A DNA stretch of 64,000 bases, from positions 128,001 through 192,000 of the forward strand of contig CAWCUS010000005.1 in assembly GCA_963798845.1 (NCBI GenBank), read 5' to 3'. Under the pieces are notes generated by a model. It saw only the letters and a list, made by a program, of their open reading frames with translations, searched no databases and was not told the origin of the DNA. This document shows, one piece after another, positions 10,562 to 19,938 of this stretch (positions are counted from its first letter, which is position 1; each line of letters starts with the position of its first letter). This stretch comes from an uncultured Gemmatimonadales bacterium (GTDB taxonomy: Bacteria > Gemmatimonadota > Gemmatimonadetes > Longimicrobiales > RSA9). The translations under genes and the position numbers were made by a program.

Positions 10562-13215
10562 GGTGGCTGCGGGAGGTGCTCGAGCGGGTGCGGTCGCTGG
10601 TGTTCCGAGGTCGCGAGGAGCGGGATCTGGAGGAGGAGCTGCGCTTCCACGTGGAGCGGGCGACGGAGTCGTTCGTCGCGCTGGGCATGACTCCGGAGGA
10701 GGCGCGGCGGCGTGCGCTGGTGCAGCTGGGCGGCGTGGAGCGGACGAAGGAGGAGGTGCGGGATGCGCGCGGCGTTCGACCGCTGGAGGACCTGGCAAGG
10801 GACGTCCGATTCGCGTTCCGGACGCTGGGACGGAATCCGGGCTTCACGGTGGCGGCGGTTCTCGTGCTCGCGCTGGGCATCGGTGCGAACACTGCCATCT
10901 TCTCCGCGGTGAACGCGGTGGTGCTGCGGCCGCTGCCGTTCCGGGATCCGGGTCGGCTGTTCATGCTGTGGGAGTCGAACCCGGAGAAGGGCTGGACGCG
11001 GGAAGTGGCGGCGCCGGCGAACATGTACAGCTGGCGGGAGCGGGTGTCAGCGTTCGAGGACGTGGGGGCGACGACGGAGGGCGCGTCGTCGATGGTGCTG
11101 TTGCGGAACGGCGAGCCGGAGCTGCTCCAGGCGGTGGACGTGACGGGCAACTTCTTCTCGGTCCTGGGGGTCGAGCCGGAGCTGGGGCGGACGTTCCGGG
11201 ATGAGGAGACGTGGCGTACGTCGGAGCCTGTGGCGCTGCTGAGCGACGAGGCGTGGCACACGCGGTTCGGCGCGGACCCGTCGATGGTGGGCAGGCTGCT
11301 GGAGCTGGACGGCCAGGCGTACCGCGTGGTGGGGGTCAATCCGCCGGGGCTCGGGATTCCCCACGAGGGCGTGGATGTCTGGATCACCGTGCGCTGGGAT
11401 CCGGCCAGTCGCGACGCCGTGTACTTCCGCCGGGCGCACTGGATCCGCCCGGTCGCGCGGCTGCGGCCGGGGGTCAGCGCGGACCAGGCGAACGCGGAGC
11501 TGCAGACGGTGGTGAAACAGCTCCAGGTGGAGTACCCGGAGACGAACCGCCTGATGGGCGCCGGGATGACGCCGCTGCACCCGTTCCTGCTTGGAGAAAC
11601 CCGCACGCCGCTGCTGGTGCTCCTGGGCGCCGTCGGTCTGCTGTTGCTCATCGCGTGCGCGAACGTCGGCAACCTCATGCTGGTGCGCGCGTGGGAGCGC
11701 CGGCGGGAGAACGCGGTGCGTTCGGCGCTCGGAGCGGCGCGAGGACGACTGATCCGGCAGGTGCTGACGGAGAGCCTCGTCCTCTCGGTCGCGGGCGGCG
11801 CGCTGGGGCTCGGGCTCGGCTATGCCGGGACGAGGCTGCTGGAGCGACTTCAGCCCGAAGGTCTGCTGCGCGTATCGCATTTCGCCATCGATCCGCGCGT
11901 GGTTCTGTTCGTCGTGGCCGCCACCACGTTGGCGGGGGTGCTGTTCGGGGCCATCCCGGCGGGCTTCGCCGCGCACGCGGGCCCCGGGGAGGCGCTGCGC
12001 GAGGGCGCACGCGGTGGCGGCCCCGGTCGCCGCACGCGGCGGGTCGTGGGCGGGCTCGTCGTCGCCGAGATCGCGCTGGCCCTCCTGCTGGTGGTCGGCG
12101 GCGGATTGCTGGTCCGGAGCTTCATGCGTCTGCGCGCCGTGGACCCGGGTTTCGATCCGACCGGTGTGCTGACGGTGGGTCTCTACCTCCCCTCGACGCG
12201 GTACGACACCCGCGCGCAGGTGGTCTCGTTCTATCGAACGCTCCTGGAGCGGGTGCGGTCGATACCGGGCGTGGAGTCGGCCGGGGCCACGTCCAACCTG
12301 CCACTGGCGGCTCGGGGCTACAGCAGCGACTTCCTGGTGGCCGGGCGGGCACCGGACGAGTACGGCAGCGAGGTGGTCCACCGGCGGGTGCTGCCGGGGT
12401 ATTTCTCTACCATGGGGGTGCCGCTCCTGGCCGGCCGGGTGATCGAGGACTCGGACGGTGGCGATTCCGAACCCGTGGTGGTGATCAACCAGGCGCTCGC
12501 CGGCGATCAGTTCCCGGGCGAGGATCCGGTGGGTCGGCGAATCGCGTTCGACAGGGTCCCCGACTCCACGTCCACCTGGTGGACCATCGTGGGAGTGGTG
12601 GGGAGCGAGCGTCAGAACGGGCTGGCACTGGCGCCGCAGATCGAGGTCTACGAGCCGCTGGCGCAGGAGGTCACGTCGGGGATGTCGCTGGTGCTGCGGG
12701 CGTCGGGTGATCCGGAGTCGCTCACATCCGCGGTACGGGCCATCGTCCGCGAGATGGACCCGCGTCTCCCGCTTCTCGAAGTGCGGACCATGGACGGGAT
12801 CCGGCAGGAAGCGCTGGCCCGGGAGCGATTCCTCATGACGCTCCTGCTGGCGTTCGCCGGCGTCGCCCTGCTGCTGGCGCTGGTCGGGGTGTACGGGGTG
12901 ACCGCTCAGGCGGCCAGGCAGCGGACCCGGGAGATCGGGATCCGGATCGCCCTTGGGGCGGGCGGGCAGCAGGTGGTCAGGCTGGCCCTGCGCCAGGGCC
13001 TGGGCCTCATCGCCGTCGGCCTGGCGATCGGCATCGCCGGCGCGCTCCTGGCGACCCGGCTCATGACCGCGCTGCTGTTCCAGATCGATCCCGGAGACCC
13101 TCTGACGTTCGGCACCGTTGCCGCGCTCCTGGCCGCCGCAGGGCTCCTGGCCTCGTGGCTGCCCGCGCGCCGGGCGAGCCGCGTCGATCCGGCCGAGGTG
13201 CTCAGGGCCGAGTGA
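10558..13215 (+). CDS. ADOP-type duplicated ABC permease (MacB_PCD/FtsX x2, with permease prefix domain)
   Basis: ERDLEEELRFH prefix, LALGIGANTAIFS, LLIACANV, RTREIGIRIALGA, PARRASRVDP; ATGA overlap with padR. Confidence 0.92.
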   Translation: MRWLREVLERVRSLVFRGREERDLEEELRFHVERATESFVALGMTPEEARRRALVQLGGVERTKEEVRDARGVRPLEDLARDVRFAFRTLGRNPGFTVAAVLVLALGIGANTAIFSAVNAVVLRPLPFRDPGRLFMLWESNPEKGWTREVAAPANMYSWRERVSAFEDVGATTEGASSMVLLRNGEPELLQAVDVTGNFFSVLGVEPELGRTFRDEETWRTSEPVALLSDEAWHTRFGADPSMVGRLLELDGQAYRVVGVNPPGLGIPHEGVDVWITVRWDPASRDAVYFRRAHWIRPVARLRPGVSADQANAELQTVVKQLQVEYPETNRLMGAGMTPLHPFLLGETRTPLLVLLGAVGLLLLIACANVGNLMLVRAWERRRENAVRSALGAARGRLIRQVLTESLVLSVAGGALGLGLGYAGTRLLERLQPEGLLRVSHFAIDPRVVLFVVAATTLAGVLFGAIPAGFAAHAGPGEALREGARGGGPGRRTRRVVGGLVVAEIALALLLVVGGGLLVRSFMRLRAVDPGFDPTGVLTVGLYLPSTRYDTRAQVVSFYRTLLERVRSIPGVESAGATSNLPLAARGYSSDFLVAGRAPDEYGSEVVHRRVLPGYFSTMGVPLLAGRVIEDSDGGDSEPVVVINQALAGDQFPGEDPVGRRIAFDRVPDSTSTWWTIVGVVGSERQNGLALAPQIEVYEPLAQEVTSGMSLVLRASGDPESLTSAVRAIVREMDPRLPLLEVRTMDGIRQEALARERFLMTLLLAFAGVALLLALVGVYGVTAQAARQRTREIGIRIALGAGGQQVVRLALRQGLGLIAVGLAIGIAGALLATRLMTALLFQIDPGDPLTFGTVAALLAAAGLLASWLPARRASRVDPAEVLRAE

Positions 13216-13223
13216 GCCGACGC

Positions 13224-13913
13224 TCAGCCGGTGGTCGGGGCGAGATCCGCGCCCCTGCCGCGGGCCAGCTCGAGGATCGCACCGACCTGTTCCTCGAAGG
13301 TGAGCGCGGTGGTGTCCACCCGCACCGCGTCCTCGGCCGCCCTGAGCGGCGCCACCGCGCGCTGACTGTCCTGGCGGTCCCGCTCCCTCAGCCGTTCGAT
13401 CTCATCGAGGAGCGCATCCCGATCGGGGGTGTCCCGGCCACTTTCCTTCAGCCGTCGCTCGGCCCGCACTTCCGCGGATGCCAGCAGGTACACCTTCAGC
13501 TCGGCGTCCGGAAACACCACGGTCCCGATGTCGCGTCCATCCACCACCACGTCCTCCGTTCCCGCCAGCTCCCGCAGGCGCCCGAGGAGCCACTCCCGCA
13601 CCACGGGTATGCGGGCCACGTGAGACACGTGGGCGTTGATCTCGGCGGTGCGCAGCTCGGCATCCAGTGGACGGTCGGCTGCGCTCAGACGGAGCCGGCC
13701 GCCCTCGCGGCTGGCTTCCACCCGGAGAGCATCCAGCTGGTCCGGGGTGATCCCGTCCCACGCCGACTCCGGGGTTCCGCGGGCGAGCAGCGCGTGCGTC
13801 AGCGCGCGGTAGAACGCGCCCGAGTCGACGTGCAGCATCCCCAGGCGATGCGCCACTTCACGTGCGGTGGTGCTCTTCCCCGATCCGGCCGGACCGTCTA
13901 TCGCTACGATCAA
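13224..13913 (-). CDS. cmk: Cytidylate kinase
   Basis: IVAIDGPAGSGKST, DSGAFYRA, DGRDIGTVVFPDA; TTG start at 13913 preceded by GGAGG. Confidence 0.95.
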   Translation of the reverse strand: MIVAIDGPAGSGKSTTAREVAHRLGMLHVDSGAFYRALTHALLARGTPESAWDGITPDQLDALRVEASREGGRLRLSAADRPLDAELRTAEINAHVSHVARIPVVREWLLGRLRELAGTEDVVVDGRDIGTVVFPDAELKVYLLASAEVRAERRLKESGRDTPDRDALLDEIERLRERDRQDSQRAVAPLRAAEDAVRVDTTALTFEEQVGAILELARGRGADLAPTTG

Positions 13914-15286
13914 TGCGCCTCCAATTGCCTTCTCACGCGCTCCAGCGCGCGCCAGAATCCCGGATAGCTGATGGACACCGAGTCCGCGCCCGAGACGGTG
14001 ATGTCGTTTCCGCGCGCGGCGCCCAGTATGCCGAAGGCCATGGCGATGCGGTGGTCGCCCCGCGCCTCCACCTCGCCGATCAGCCTCGCCCCCGGCCGCC
14101 CGATCACCGTGAACGCGTCCTCCTCCTCCTCCGCTTCCACCCCCAGCGCGCGCAGGTTGCCGCACAGGGCCGCCACCCGGTCCGACTCCTTCACCCGCAG
14201 CTCCGCCACCCCTTCGAAGCGCGTCGCCCCCTCCGCCCGAGCGGCCACCACGGCGAGCACCGGCACCTCGTCGATGAGCGACGGGATCCGGTCCGGGGCG
14301 ACGCGAACCCCCCTCAGGCCATCGCCGGGGGCCGCCTCCACGTCTCCCACGGGCTCACCGGCGCTGACCCGCGTCTGGGTCGCCTCGATGCGGGCGCCCA
14401 TGGCACGCAGCACCTCGAGCACCCCGATCCGCCCCGGGTTCAGCCCCACGCCCGTGATGCGTACCGGCCGTCCCGCGAGTGCGGCCAGGCCGAGGAAGAA
14501 GGCTGCCGCGGAGATGTCGCCGGGGACGGTCAGGTCCACGGGCGACAGCAGATCGACCGGCGCGCTCGCCACCCGTTCTCCGGCGGCTTCCCGCACCCCG
14601 TGCGCCCGGCCCGCCTTTCCGCCGCCCGGGTGTCCGGCCTCCTCCAGGGTCCCGGCGTGCGAGCGCCACGTTTCCACGGTTGCGCCCATGGCGAGGAGCA
14701 TCCGCTCGGTGTGGTCCCGCGAGGGGAGCGGCGAAGTGACGTCCACGCGAGCATGCCCGGTCAGGCCGGCCAGCAGCAGCGCCGACTTCACCTGCGCGCT
14801 GGAGCGTGGATTCGCCGCGCGGATCGGCGCGAGCGGCGAGCGTCCCCGGACTCCGATGGGGAGCCGGCCCGACTCGCCCAGCTCATCATAGCGAGCGCCG
14901 GCGTCCGCGAGCGGCTCCGTCACCCGTCGCATCGGGCGGCGCCGCAGCGAGGCATCCCCCGTGAGGACGGCCTCCGCGTCGCACCCCGCGAGCAGGCCGA
15001 GCAGGAGTCGGGCCGTGGTGCCGCTGTTTGCGCAGTCGATCTCCAGGCCGCGTGGCCGGATTCCATCGAGCCCGGCACCGCGCACTCGGATCTCGCCCGT
15101 GAGCTCGGCGGGGACGGCGAAGCCGAGGTCCCGGAGCGCCGCAGCCGTGGCCCGGGTGTCGGCGGCGTCGAGGAGGCCGGAGATCCGGCTTTCGCCCGTG
15201 GCCAGCGCCGCCAGGAGCAGCGCGCGGTGGCTGATGGACTTGTCGCCCGGGACGGTGATGTCCACGGGCCGCGCCGAAGAGCCCAC
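13910..15286 (-). CDS. aroA: 3-phosphoshikimate 1-carboxyvinyltransferase (class II EPSP synthase)
   Basis: VPGDKSISHRA, NSGTTARL, SAQVKSA, RDHTERM, ELRVKESDR, DHRIAMA; start uncertain (GTG 15286 or 15265). Confidence 0.95.
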   Translation of the reverse strand: MGSSARPVDITVPGDKSISHRALLLAALATGESRISGLLDAADTRATAAALRDLGFAVPAELTGEIRVRGAGLDGIRPRGLEIDCANSGTTARLLLGLLAGCDAEAVLTGDASLRRRPMRRVTEPLADAGARYDELGESGRLPIGVRGRSPLAPIRAANPRSSAQVKSALLLAGLTGHARVDVTSPLPSRDHTERMLLAMGATVETWRSHAGTLEEAGHPGGGKAGRAHGVREAAGERVASAPVDLLSPVDLTVPGDISAAAFFLGLAALAGRPVRITGVGLNPGRIGVLEVLRAMGARIEATQTRVSAGEPVGDVEAAPGDGLRGVRVAPDRIPSLIDEVPVLAVVAARAEGATRFEGVAELRVKESDRVAALCGNLRALGVEAEEEEDAFTVIGRPGARLIGEVEARGDHRIAMAFGILGAARGNDITVSGADSVSISYPGFWRALERVRRQLEAH

Positions 15287-15287
15287 G

Positions 15288-16214
15288 TCAGGCGTCCGCC
15301 CCCGCGTCACGGTAGGGGACGTCGATCTCCATCCCGTCGCGCGCCACTTCGGTGTGCGGGAAGACCGCCCTCGCTTCCCGCTCGAGCACCGTCGGATCCT
15401 GGCCATAGCGCGGGGACAGGTGGGTCAGAACGAGGTCGAGCACACCGGCGTCCCTGGCCATGCGCGCCGCTTCGCGGGCGGTCGAGTGCTCGGTCTCGCG
15501 GGCGCGGGCTGCCTCTTCCTGGGCGAACGTCGCCTCGTGAATCAGCAGGTCGGCGTCCTGCGCGTGCTTCACGGTGCTCCGCGTCGGGCGGGTGTCGCCG
15601 GTGTAGACCAACCGGCGCCCCGACCGGGGCGGACCCACCACCTCGCCGGGCGTGACCACGCGGCCCTCCACTTCCACCGCCTCACCGTGGTGGAGCCGTC
15701 CAAACAGAGGCCCCTCCGGGACGCCCAGCTCGCGGGCACGCTCCGGGTCGAAACGGCCCAGACGCGGGTGCTCGACCAGCACGTAGCCGAGCGACGATCG
15801 GCCATGACGCGTGCGGTACGCGACAATGTCGTAGCCGTTGCGCTCGACGCGCTGCTCCGGCTCCAGCTCGTGGATGTTGACCTCGAAGGGCACCCGCTCG
15901 ACCCCCAGATGAACCGCTTCGTTCACCGTCTTCCCCTCTCCCCGGCTGCAGTACAGGCGCATCGGCTCCTCGCGCCCCTGGAGCCCCATGGTCCGGAGCA
16001 GCCCCGGCAGCCCGAGCAGGTGGTCGGCGTGCATGTGCGTGAAGAAGATGTCGTGCACGGCGAAACCGGTGCCGTACCGCATCATCTGTCGCTGAGTCCC
16101 TTCCCCGCAGTCGAACAGCAGCGTCTCGCCCAGGCGGTGGACGAGGACCGCGCTCACGTTGCGGGCGACCGTCGGGCGGCTCGCGGCCGTCCCCAGGAAG
16201 ACGACCCGGATCAC
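15288..16214 (-). CDS. rnz: Ribonuclease Z
   Basis: FLGT..PTVARN, FDCGEGTQRQ, THMHADH, YTGDTRP, HEATF. Confidence 0.95.
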   Translation of the reverse strand: MIRVVFLGTAASRPTVARNVSAVLVHRLGETLLFDCGEGTQRQMMRYGTGFAVHDIFFTHMHADHLLGLPGLLRTMGLQGREEPMRLYCSRGEGKTVNEAVHLGVERVPFEVNIHELEPEQRVERNGYDIVAYRTRHGRSSLGYVLVEHPRLGRFDPERARELGVPEGPLFGRLHHGEAVEVEGRVVTPGEVVGPPRSGRRLVYTGDTRPTRSTVKHAQDADLLIHEATFAQEEAARARETEHSTAREAARMARDAGVLDLVLTHLSPRYGQDPTVLEREARAVFPHTEVARDGMEIDVPYRDAGADA

Positions 16215-16600
16215 CGGCGACCTCCCACCCGCGGTCCGCGGCTGCCGCGCCCATCACGATCACGCGTCGACCGCAACCGCCTCGCCAGCGGCAGCGCCCA
16301 TAGCCCGGCGCTCGCCGCATAGAAGGGCCGGGCCCAGGGCGTGAACGACGGGACCACCAGGAGCGCGGCCCACCCGGCCGCCTGCGCGGCCGCCCCAGCA
16401 CGGCCTCGCCTGGCCTCGCGACCCTCGCGCCGAGTCTCCTGGAGTGCGGTCAGGTCGCCGCGCCGGGCCTGCATCCGAGCCATCTCGTCCGTCCATATGC
16501 TGGTAGCCTCATGACGCAGGAATCGGAACGCCGCCCGAACGAGCTGCCAGGCGACGGCCGCGATCCCCGCGACGGCGAGGAAGTCCAGAGCCGTTTCCAC
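16211..16600 (-). CDS. Hypothetical membrane protein
   Basis: Hydrophobic segments; GTGA overlap with rnz; leaderless-type promoter TTGCCG-18-TAGGTT-6nt-GTG. Confidence 0.65.
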   Translation of the reverse strand: METALDFLAVAGIAAVAWQLVRAAFRFLRHEATSIWTDEMARMQARRGDLTALQETRREGREARRGRAGAAAQAAGWAALLVVPSFTPWARPFYAASAGLWALPLARRLRSTRDRDGRGSRGPRVGGRR

Positions 16601-16721
16601 GGGGGCAACCTACCCGCGGCCGCCGCGCCGCGGCAAGCGCGGGCAACGCTCGAGACACCCCGCGGCATCCAACGTTCGAGCGGCCGGAAACGGTTGCGAT
16701 ACCAGCGATCCCAGCAGGAGC

Positions 16722-17642
16722 GTGAACATGAAGATTGCTTCCATCCGTGCGGCGGCGCGTGCCATCCCGTTGGCATTGGGTGCGGCCGCCGTCACCGCCA
16801 CGATCGCGAGCGCCCAGGTGGTCGACACGGTGCGCGAGCGCCAGACCTGCATCTGTGCTCCGGGCGCTATGCCCGCTCCTGGCGCGCCGGGCGCCCACGG
16901 GCTCATCGCACCGCGCGCCATGTCGTTCAGCATGCTCGGTAACCACGGCCGCCTCGGCATTCTGCTGGGCGATGAGGTGGACATCGACGGAGGGGCCGGC
17001 GTGCGGGTCGCGGACGTGGTGAAGGGGGGCCCCGCCGAGCGCGCCGGGCTGCGGACCGGCGACGTCATCACGGCGCTCGACGGTCAGCCCCTCGGCGATG
17101 ACCCCGCCCGGGGCATCATGGACCGCATGGCCGACGTCGAGCCCGGAGACACCGTCTCCGTCTCCTATCAGCGCGACGATCGAGCCTTGCAGGCGCGCGT
17201 CGTGACCGGACGCGACCCCGTCCGTGAGCTGATCGTTTCCGGAGCCCCCGGCGCCACCCGCTTCCGTGTAGCCCCCGCCGCCCCCGCACGGCCGGGTCAG
17301 CCCGGCAACGTCTGGGAGATCGGCGGCAATCGGTCCGACAGGCCCATGATGTGGCAGATGCAGGGGGCACCCGGCGGGGTGGAGCTCGTCGACATGAACG
17401 AGGGGCTCGGCGACTACTTCGGCACCGACGACGGGGCCCTCGTCACCGCGGTCCGCGATGACGACCTCGGCCTCCGGGCCGGCGACGTGATCCTGTCCAT
17501 CGGCGACCGCGAGGTGAAGAACGCCGCCCACGCCCGCGAGATCATCGCCTCCTACCGCCACGACGAGACGATCCGTTTCAACATCGTCCGCGAGAAGAAG
17601 CGCATGACGGTCAGCGGCCACAGCGAGTCTCCCGGCGAGTAG
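16722..17642 (+). CDS. Secreted protein with two PDZ domains
   Basis: Signal peptide (..ATIASA-Q), GRLGI..VVKGGPAERAGLRTGDVI, second GLRAGDVILSI; no protease domain. Confidence 0.85.
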   Translation: MNMKIASIRAAARAIPLALGAAAVTATIASAQVVDTVRERQTCICAPGAMPAPGAPGAHGLIAPRAMSFSMLGNHGRLGILLGDEVDIDGGAGVRVADVVKGGPAERAGLRTGDVITALDGQPLGDDPARGIMDRMADVEPGDTVSVSYQRDDRALQARVVTGRDPVRELIVSGAPGATRFRVAPAAPARPGQPGNVWEIGGNRSDRPMMWQMQGAPGGVELVDMNEGLGDYFGTDDGALVTAVRDDDLGLRAGDVILSIGDREVKNAAHAREIIASYRHDETIRFNIVREKKRMTVSGHSESPGE

Positions 17643-17674
17643 CCCCCCGAGGGGCCTGCGGGCGCCCATGTTTG

Positions 17675-17707
17675 AGAAAGGGCCGCAACGCGCGTTGCGA
17701 CCCTTTC
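17675..17707. terminator. Hairpin between the convergent PDZ gene and tRNA-Leu
   Basis: GAAAGGGCCGCAACG-CG-CGTTGCGACCCTTTC inverted repeat. Confidence 0.6.
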
Positions 17708-17710
17708 CTA

Positions 17711-17793
17711 TGCCGGGGGCGGGGTTCGAACCCGCACGGGCCGAAGCCCAGGGGATTTTAAGTCCCCCGCGTCTACCATTTCGCCACCCCGGC
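17711..17793 (-). tRNA. tRNA-Leu (anticodon TAA)
   Basis: GCCGGGGTGGCGAAATGGTAGACGCGGGGGACTTAAAATCCCC..GGTTCGAACCCCGCCCCCGGCA; long variable arm; CCA not encoded. Confidence 0.95.
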
Positions 17794-17933
17794 GGGGCTC
17801 GTAGGATGGTGGCCTCGCGGCGCCGCCGCCAGACCCCTGTGCGGTTCCCCACCTCATCCGGTTCCTCGCTCCCGCGGATTCGGCTACGTTTGCTTGCGGC
17901 CGATGCCGGCCGCGCGTCACCACCGGAGGGCTC

Positions 17934-18407
17934 TTGAAGGCATCGAAGCGCACGCTCACCGTTCTCGCTGCCACGATCTGGTACGGCGGTGGGATCGCGC
18001 TCCTCCTGAAGGGGAGCAGCTACGTCGTCGCGGCCGCCGGCCTCCACGCTCACGAGCTCATCCCCTGGGCCATGGCCGCCGTGGGACTCCTGGTAGGCGG
18101 CGTGCGCGGACGCGCGGCCTTCGCCCGTGGCTGCCGGAAGAACCTCGCCCGCATTCACGCCCTGGACGACCCCCGCCTCTGGCAGTTCTTCCGCCCCGGC
18201 TTCTTCTTCGCGCTCATCCCCATGGTGGGCGCCGGAATCCTCCTCCGCACCCTTGCCGACGCCGGCGGCTTCTGGGCGGAGACCACCGTCGGCTCTCTCG
18301 AGCTCATGATCGCCCTCGCCCTCCTCATGAGCGGCGTCGAGTTCTGGGTCTGGCGTCGAAACGCCTCCGGCAGCCAACCCGTAAGCGCTAGCGGACCAGT
18401 CATTTAA
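17934..18407 (+). CDS. Hypothetical membrane protein (about 4 TM)
   Basis: TTG start after GGAGG; four hydrophobic segments; KNLARI..WQFF loop. Confidence 0.7.
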   Translation: MKASKRTLTVLAATIWYGGGIALLLKGSSYVVAAAGLHAHELIPWAMAAVGLLVGGVRGRAAFARGCRKNLARIHALDDPRLWQFFRPGFFFALIPMVGAGILLRTLADAGGFWAETTVGSLELMIALALLMSGVEFWVWRRNASGSQPVSASGPVI

Positions 18408-18476
18408 GCTGTACGGCCTGAGAAATCAGGTGAATAGTCGCCGCCGCGAGGCGCGCGGGGCGGCAGCGGCCCCGCG

Positions 18477-19928
18477 TCAGCCGCCGAGGTAGGTGAGGAT
18501 CTCCGTCGCCTGCTGCGGAGCCTTTTCGAAACAGGCGTTCATGCTGATCCCGTAGAAGGAGCTGCCGGCCACCCAGACGCCGGGGCGCTCGCGGAGGCGG
18601 CCATGGATCCGGTCGAGGCGGCCCTGATGCCCTACGGTGTACTGGCCGATACCGAGCGGCCAGCGGTAGATGCGTGTGAGGGCGGGCTCGATGTCGGGCG
18701 CAATGCCCATCGTCATTTCCAGGTCGTGGCGGACCTGCCGCCTCAGCGACTCGTCGGGTGCGCGGACGGCCTCCGGATCGTGCGCTCCGCCGATCATGCA
18801 GCGCAGGAGGACCTCTCCCTCCGGTGCGCGACCGTGGAAGACGCTCGAGTCCCAGAGGCAGCCGAGGATGCGGGGGCCGGTGCTCCGCGGGACGAGGAAA
18901 CCGAAGCCCTCCAGGTCGATCCCCGGGAGGTCCCGCTCGCGGAACCCCATGGCGACGACGGCCAGACCGGCCGTGCGGATCTCGCCCACGGTGGCCGCGA
19001 GCTCGGCGTCCACATCCTCCAGGAGCGGCGCGGCCACCGGTGCGGGGGTGGTGACGACGACGGCATCGGCTTCCATCGTGTCGCCGGACTCGAGTTCGAC
19101 CGCCCAGCGACTTCCGTCGGCGGCGCGGACGGTGCGCACCGGCGCGCCTGTGCGGAGGCTGTCTCCGACGGCGTCGGTGAGCCCCGACACCAGGGTGTCC
19201 AGCCCGTCCTGGAAGGACGTGAGCGTCCCGCCCGGGCCGGCGGGCCCGCCGGGAGCGGTCAGCTCGGCCACGTCCTCCCCGCGGGCGCGCCGGGCTTCGG
19301 CTTCCTTCTTCGCAGCGCGGCGCTTCCTCATGCCGGCGACCATGGCCTTGACCAGCCCCCCGTGCTCCGCTTCCATCCTGGCCATCTTGGGGAAGCTGCT
19401 CTGCAGGCTGAGCTCTCTGACGTTGCCGGCGAACACGCCGGAAACCATGGCGTCCACCAGCACGCCCGCGGACTCCGGGCCGATGCGGCGGGCTGCGAAA
19501 TCGAACACGCTCTCGTCGGTGTCCGGGCGCGAGCGAGCGAACGGCTCCCCGAAGACGCGCAGCCGGCCGGGGAGGCTGAGCACGCCGCTGCGGAGGAAGT
19601 CGATCGGGCCGGTGGGTACTTCGTGCAGTGTGCCGGCGCGATAGATGAAGCGGCGCGCGGCGTTCCGGTTCGCCCGCTGCAGGCGGCCGGTGAGGCCGAT
19701 CCGCTCCACGAGCGCCAGCGTGGTCGGGGCGTTGTCGAGGAACCCGTTCGGACCCATCTCCACGCGGAATCCGTTCGGCCGGTCTGTGCGGACGTTGCCG
19801 CCCGGCTGGTCCCGGCCCTCGAGGACCACCACTTCGAGGCCGCCCGGAACAGCGCCCGCCCCATCCCGGAGATGGACGGCGGTGGCCAGCCCCGTGATCC
19901 CGCCGCCGATCATGACGACGCGCTTCAT
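18477..19928 (-). CDS. hemY: Protoporphyrinogen oxidase (HemY/PgoX family)
   Basis: IGGGITGL FAD motif, EMGPNGFL, GFGFLVP, QYTVGH. Confidence 0.92.
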   Translation of the reverse strand: MKRVVMIGGGITGLATAVHLRDGAGAVPGGLEVVVLEGRDQPGGNVRTDRPNGFRVEMGPNGFLDNAPTTLALVERIGLTGRLQRANRNAARRFIYRAGTLHEVPTGPIDFLRSGVLSLPGRLRVFGEPFARSRPDTDESVFDFAARRIGPESAGVLVDAMVSGVFAGNVRELSLQSSFPKMARMEAEHGGLVKAMVAGMRKRRAAKKEAEARRARGEDVAELTAPGGPAGPGGTLTSFQDGLDTLVSGLTDAVGDSLRTGAPVRTVRAADGSRWAVELESGDTMEADAVVVTTPAPVAAPLLEDVDAELAATVGEIRTAGLAVVAMGFRERDLPGIDLEGFGFLVPRSTGPRILGCLWDSSVFHGRAPEGEVLLRCMIGGAHDPEAVRAPDESLRRQVRHDLEMTMGIAPDIEPALTRIYRWPLGIGQYTVGHQGRLDRIHGRLRERPGVWVAGSSFYGISMNACFEKAPQQATEILTYLGG

Positions 19929-19938
19929 GCCGGGGCCC

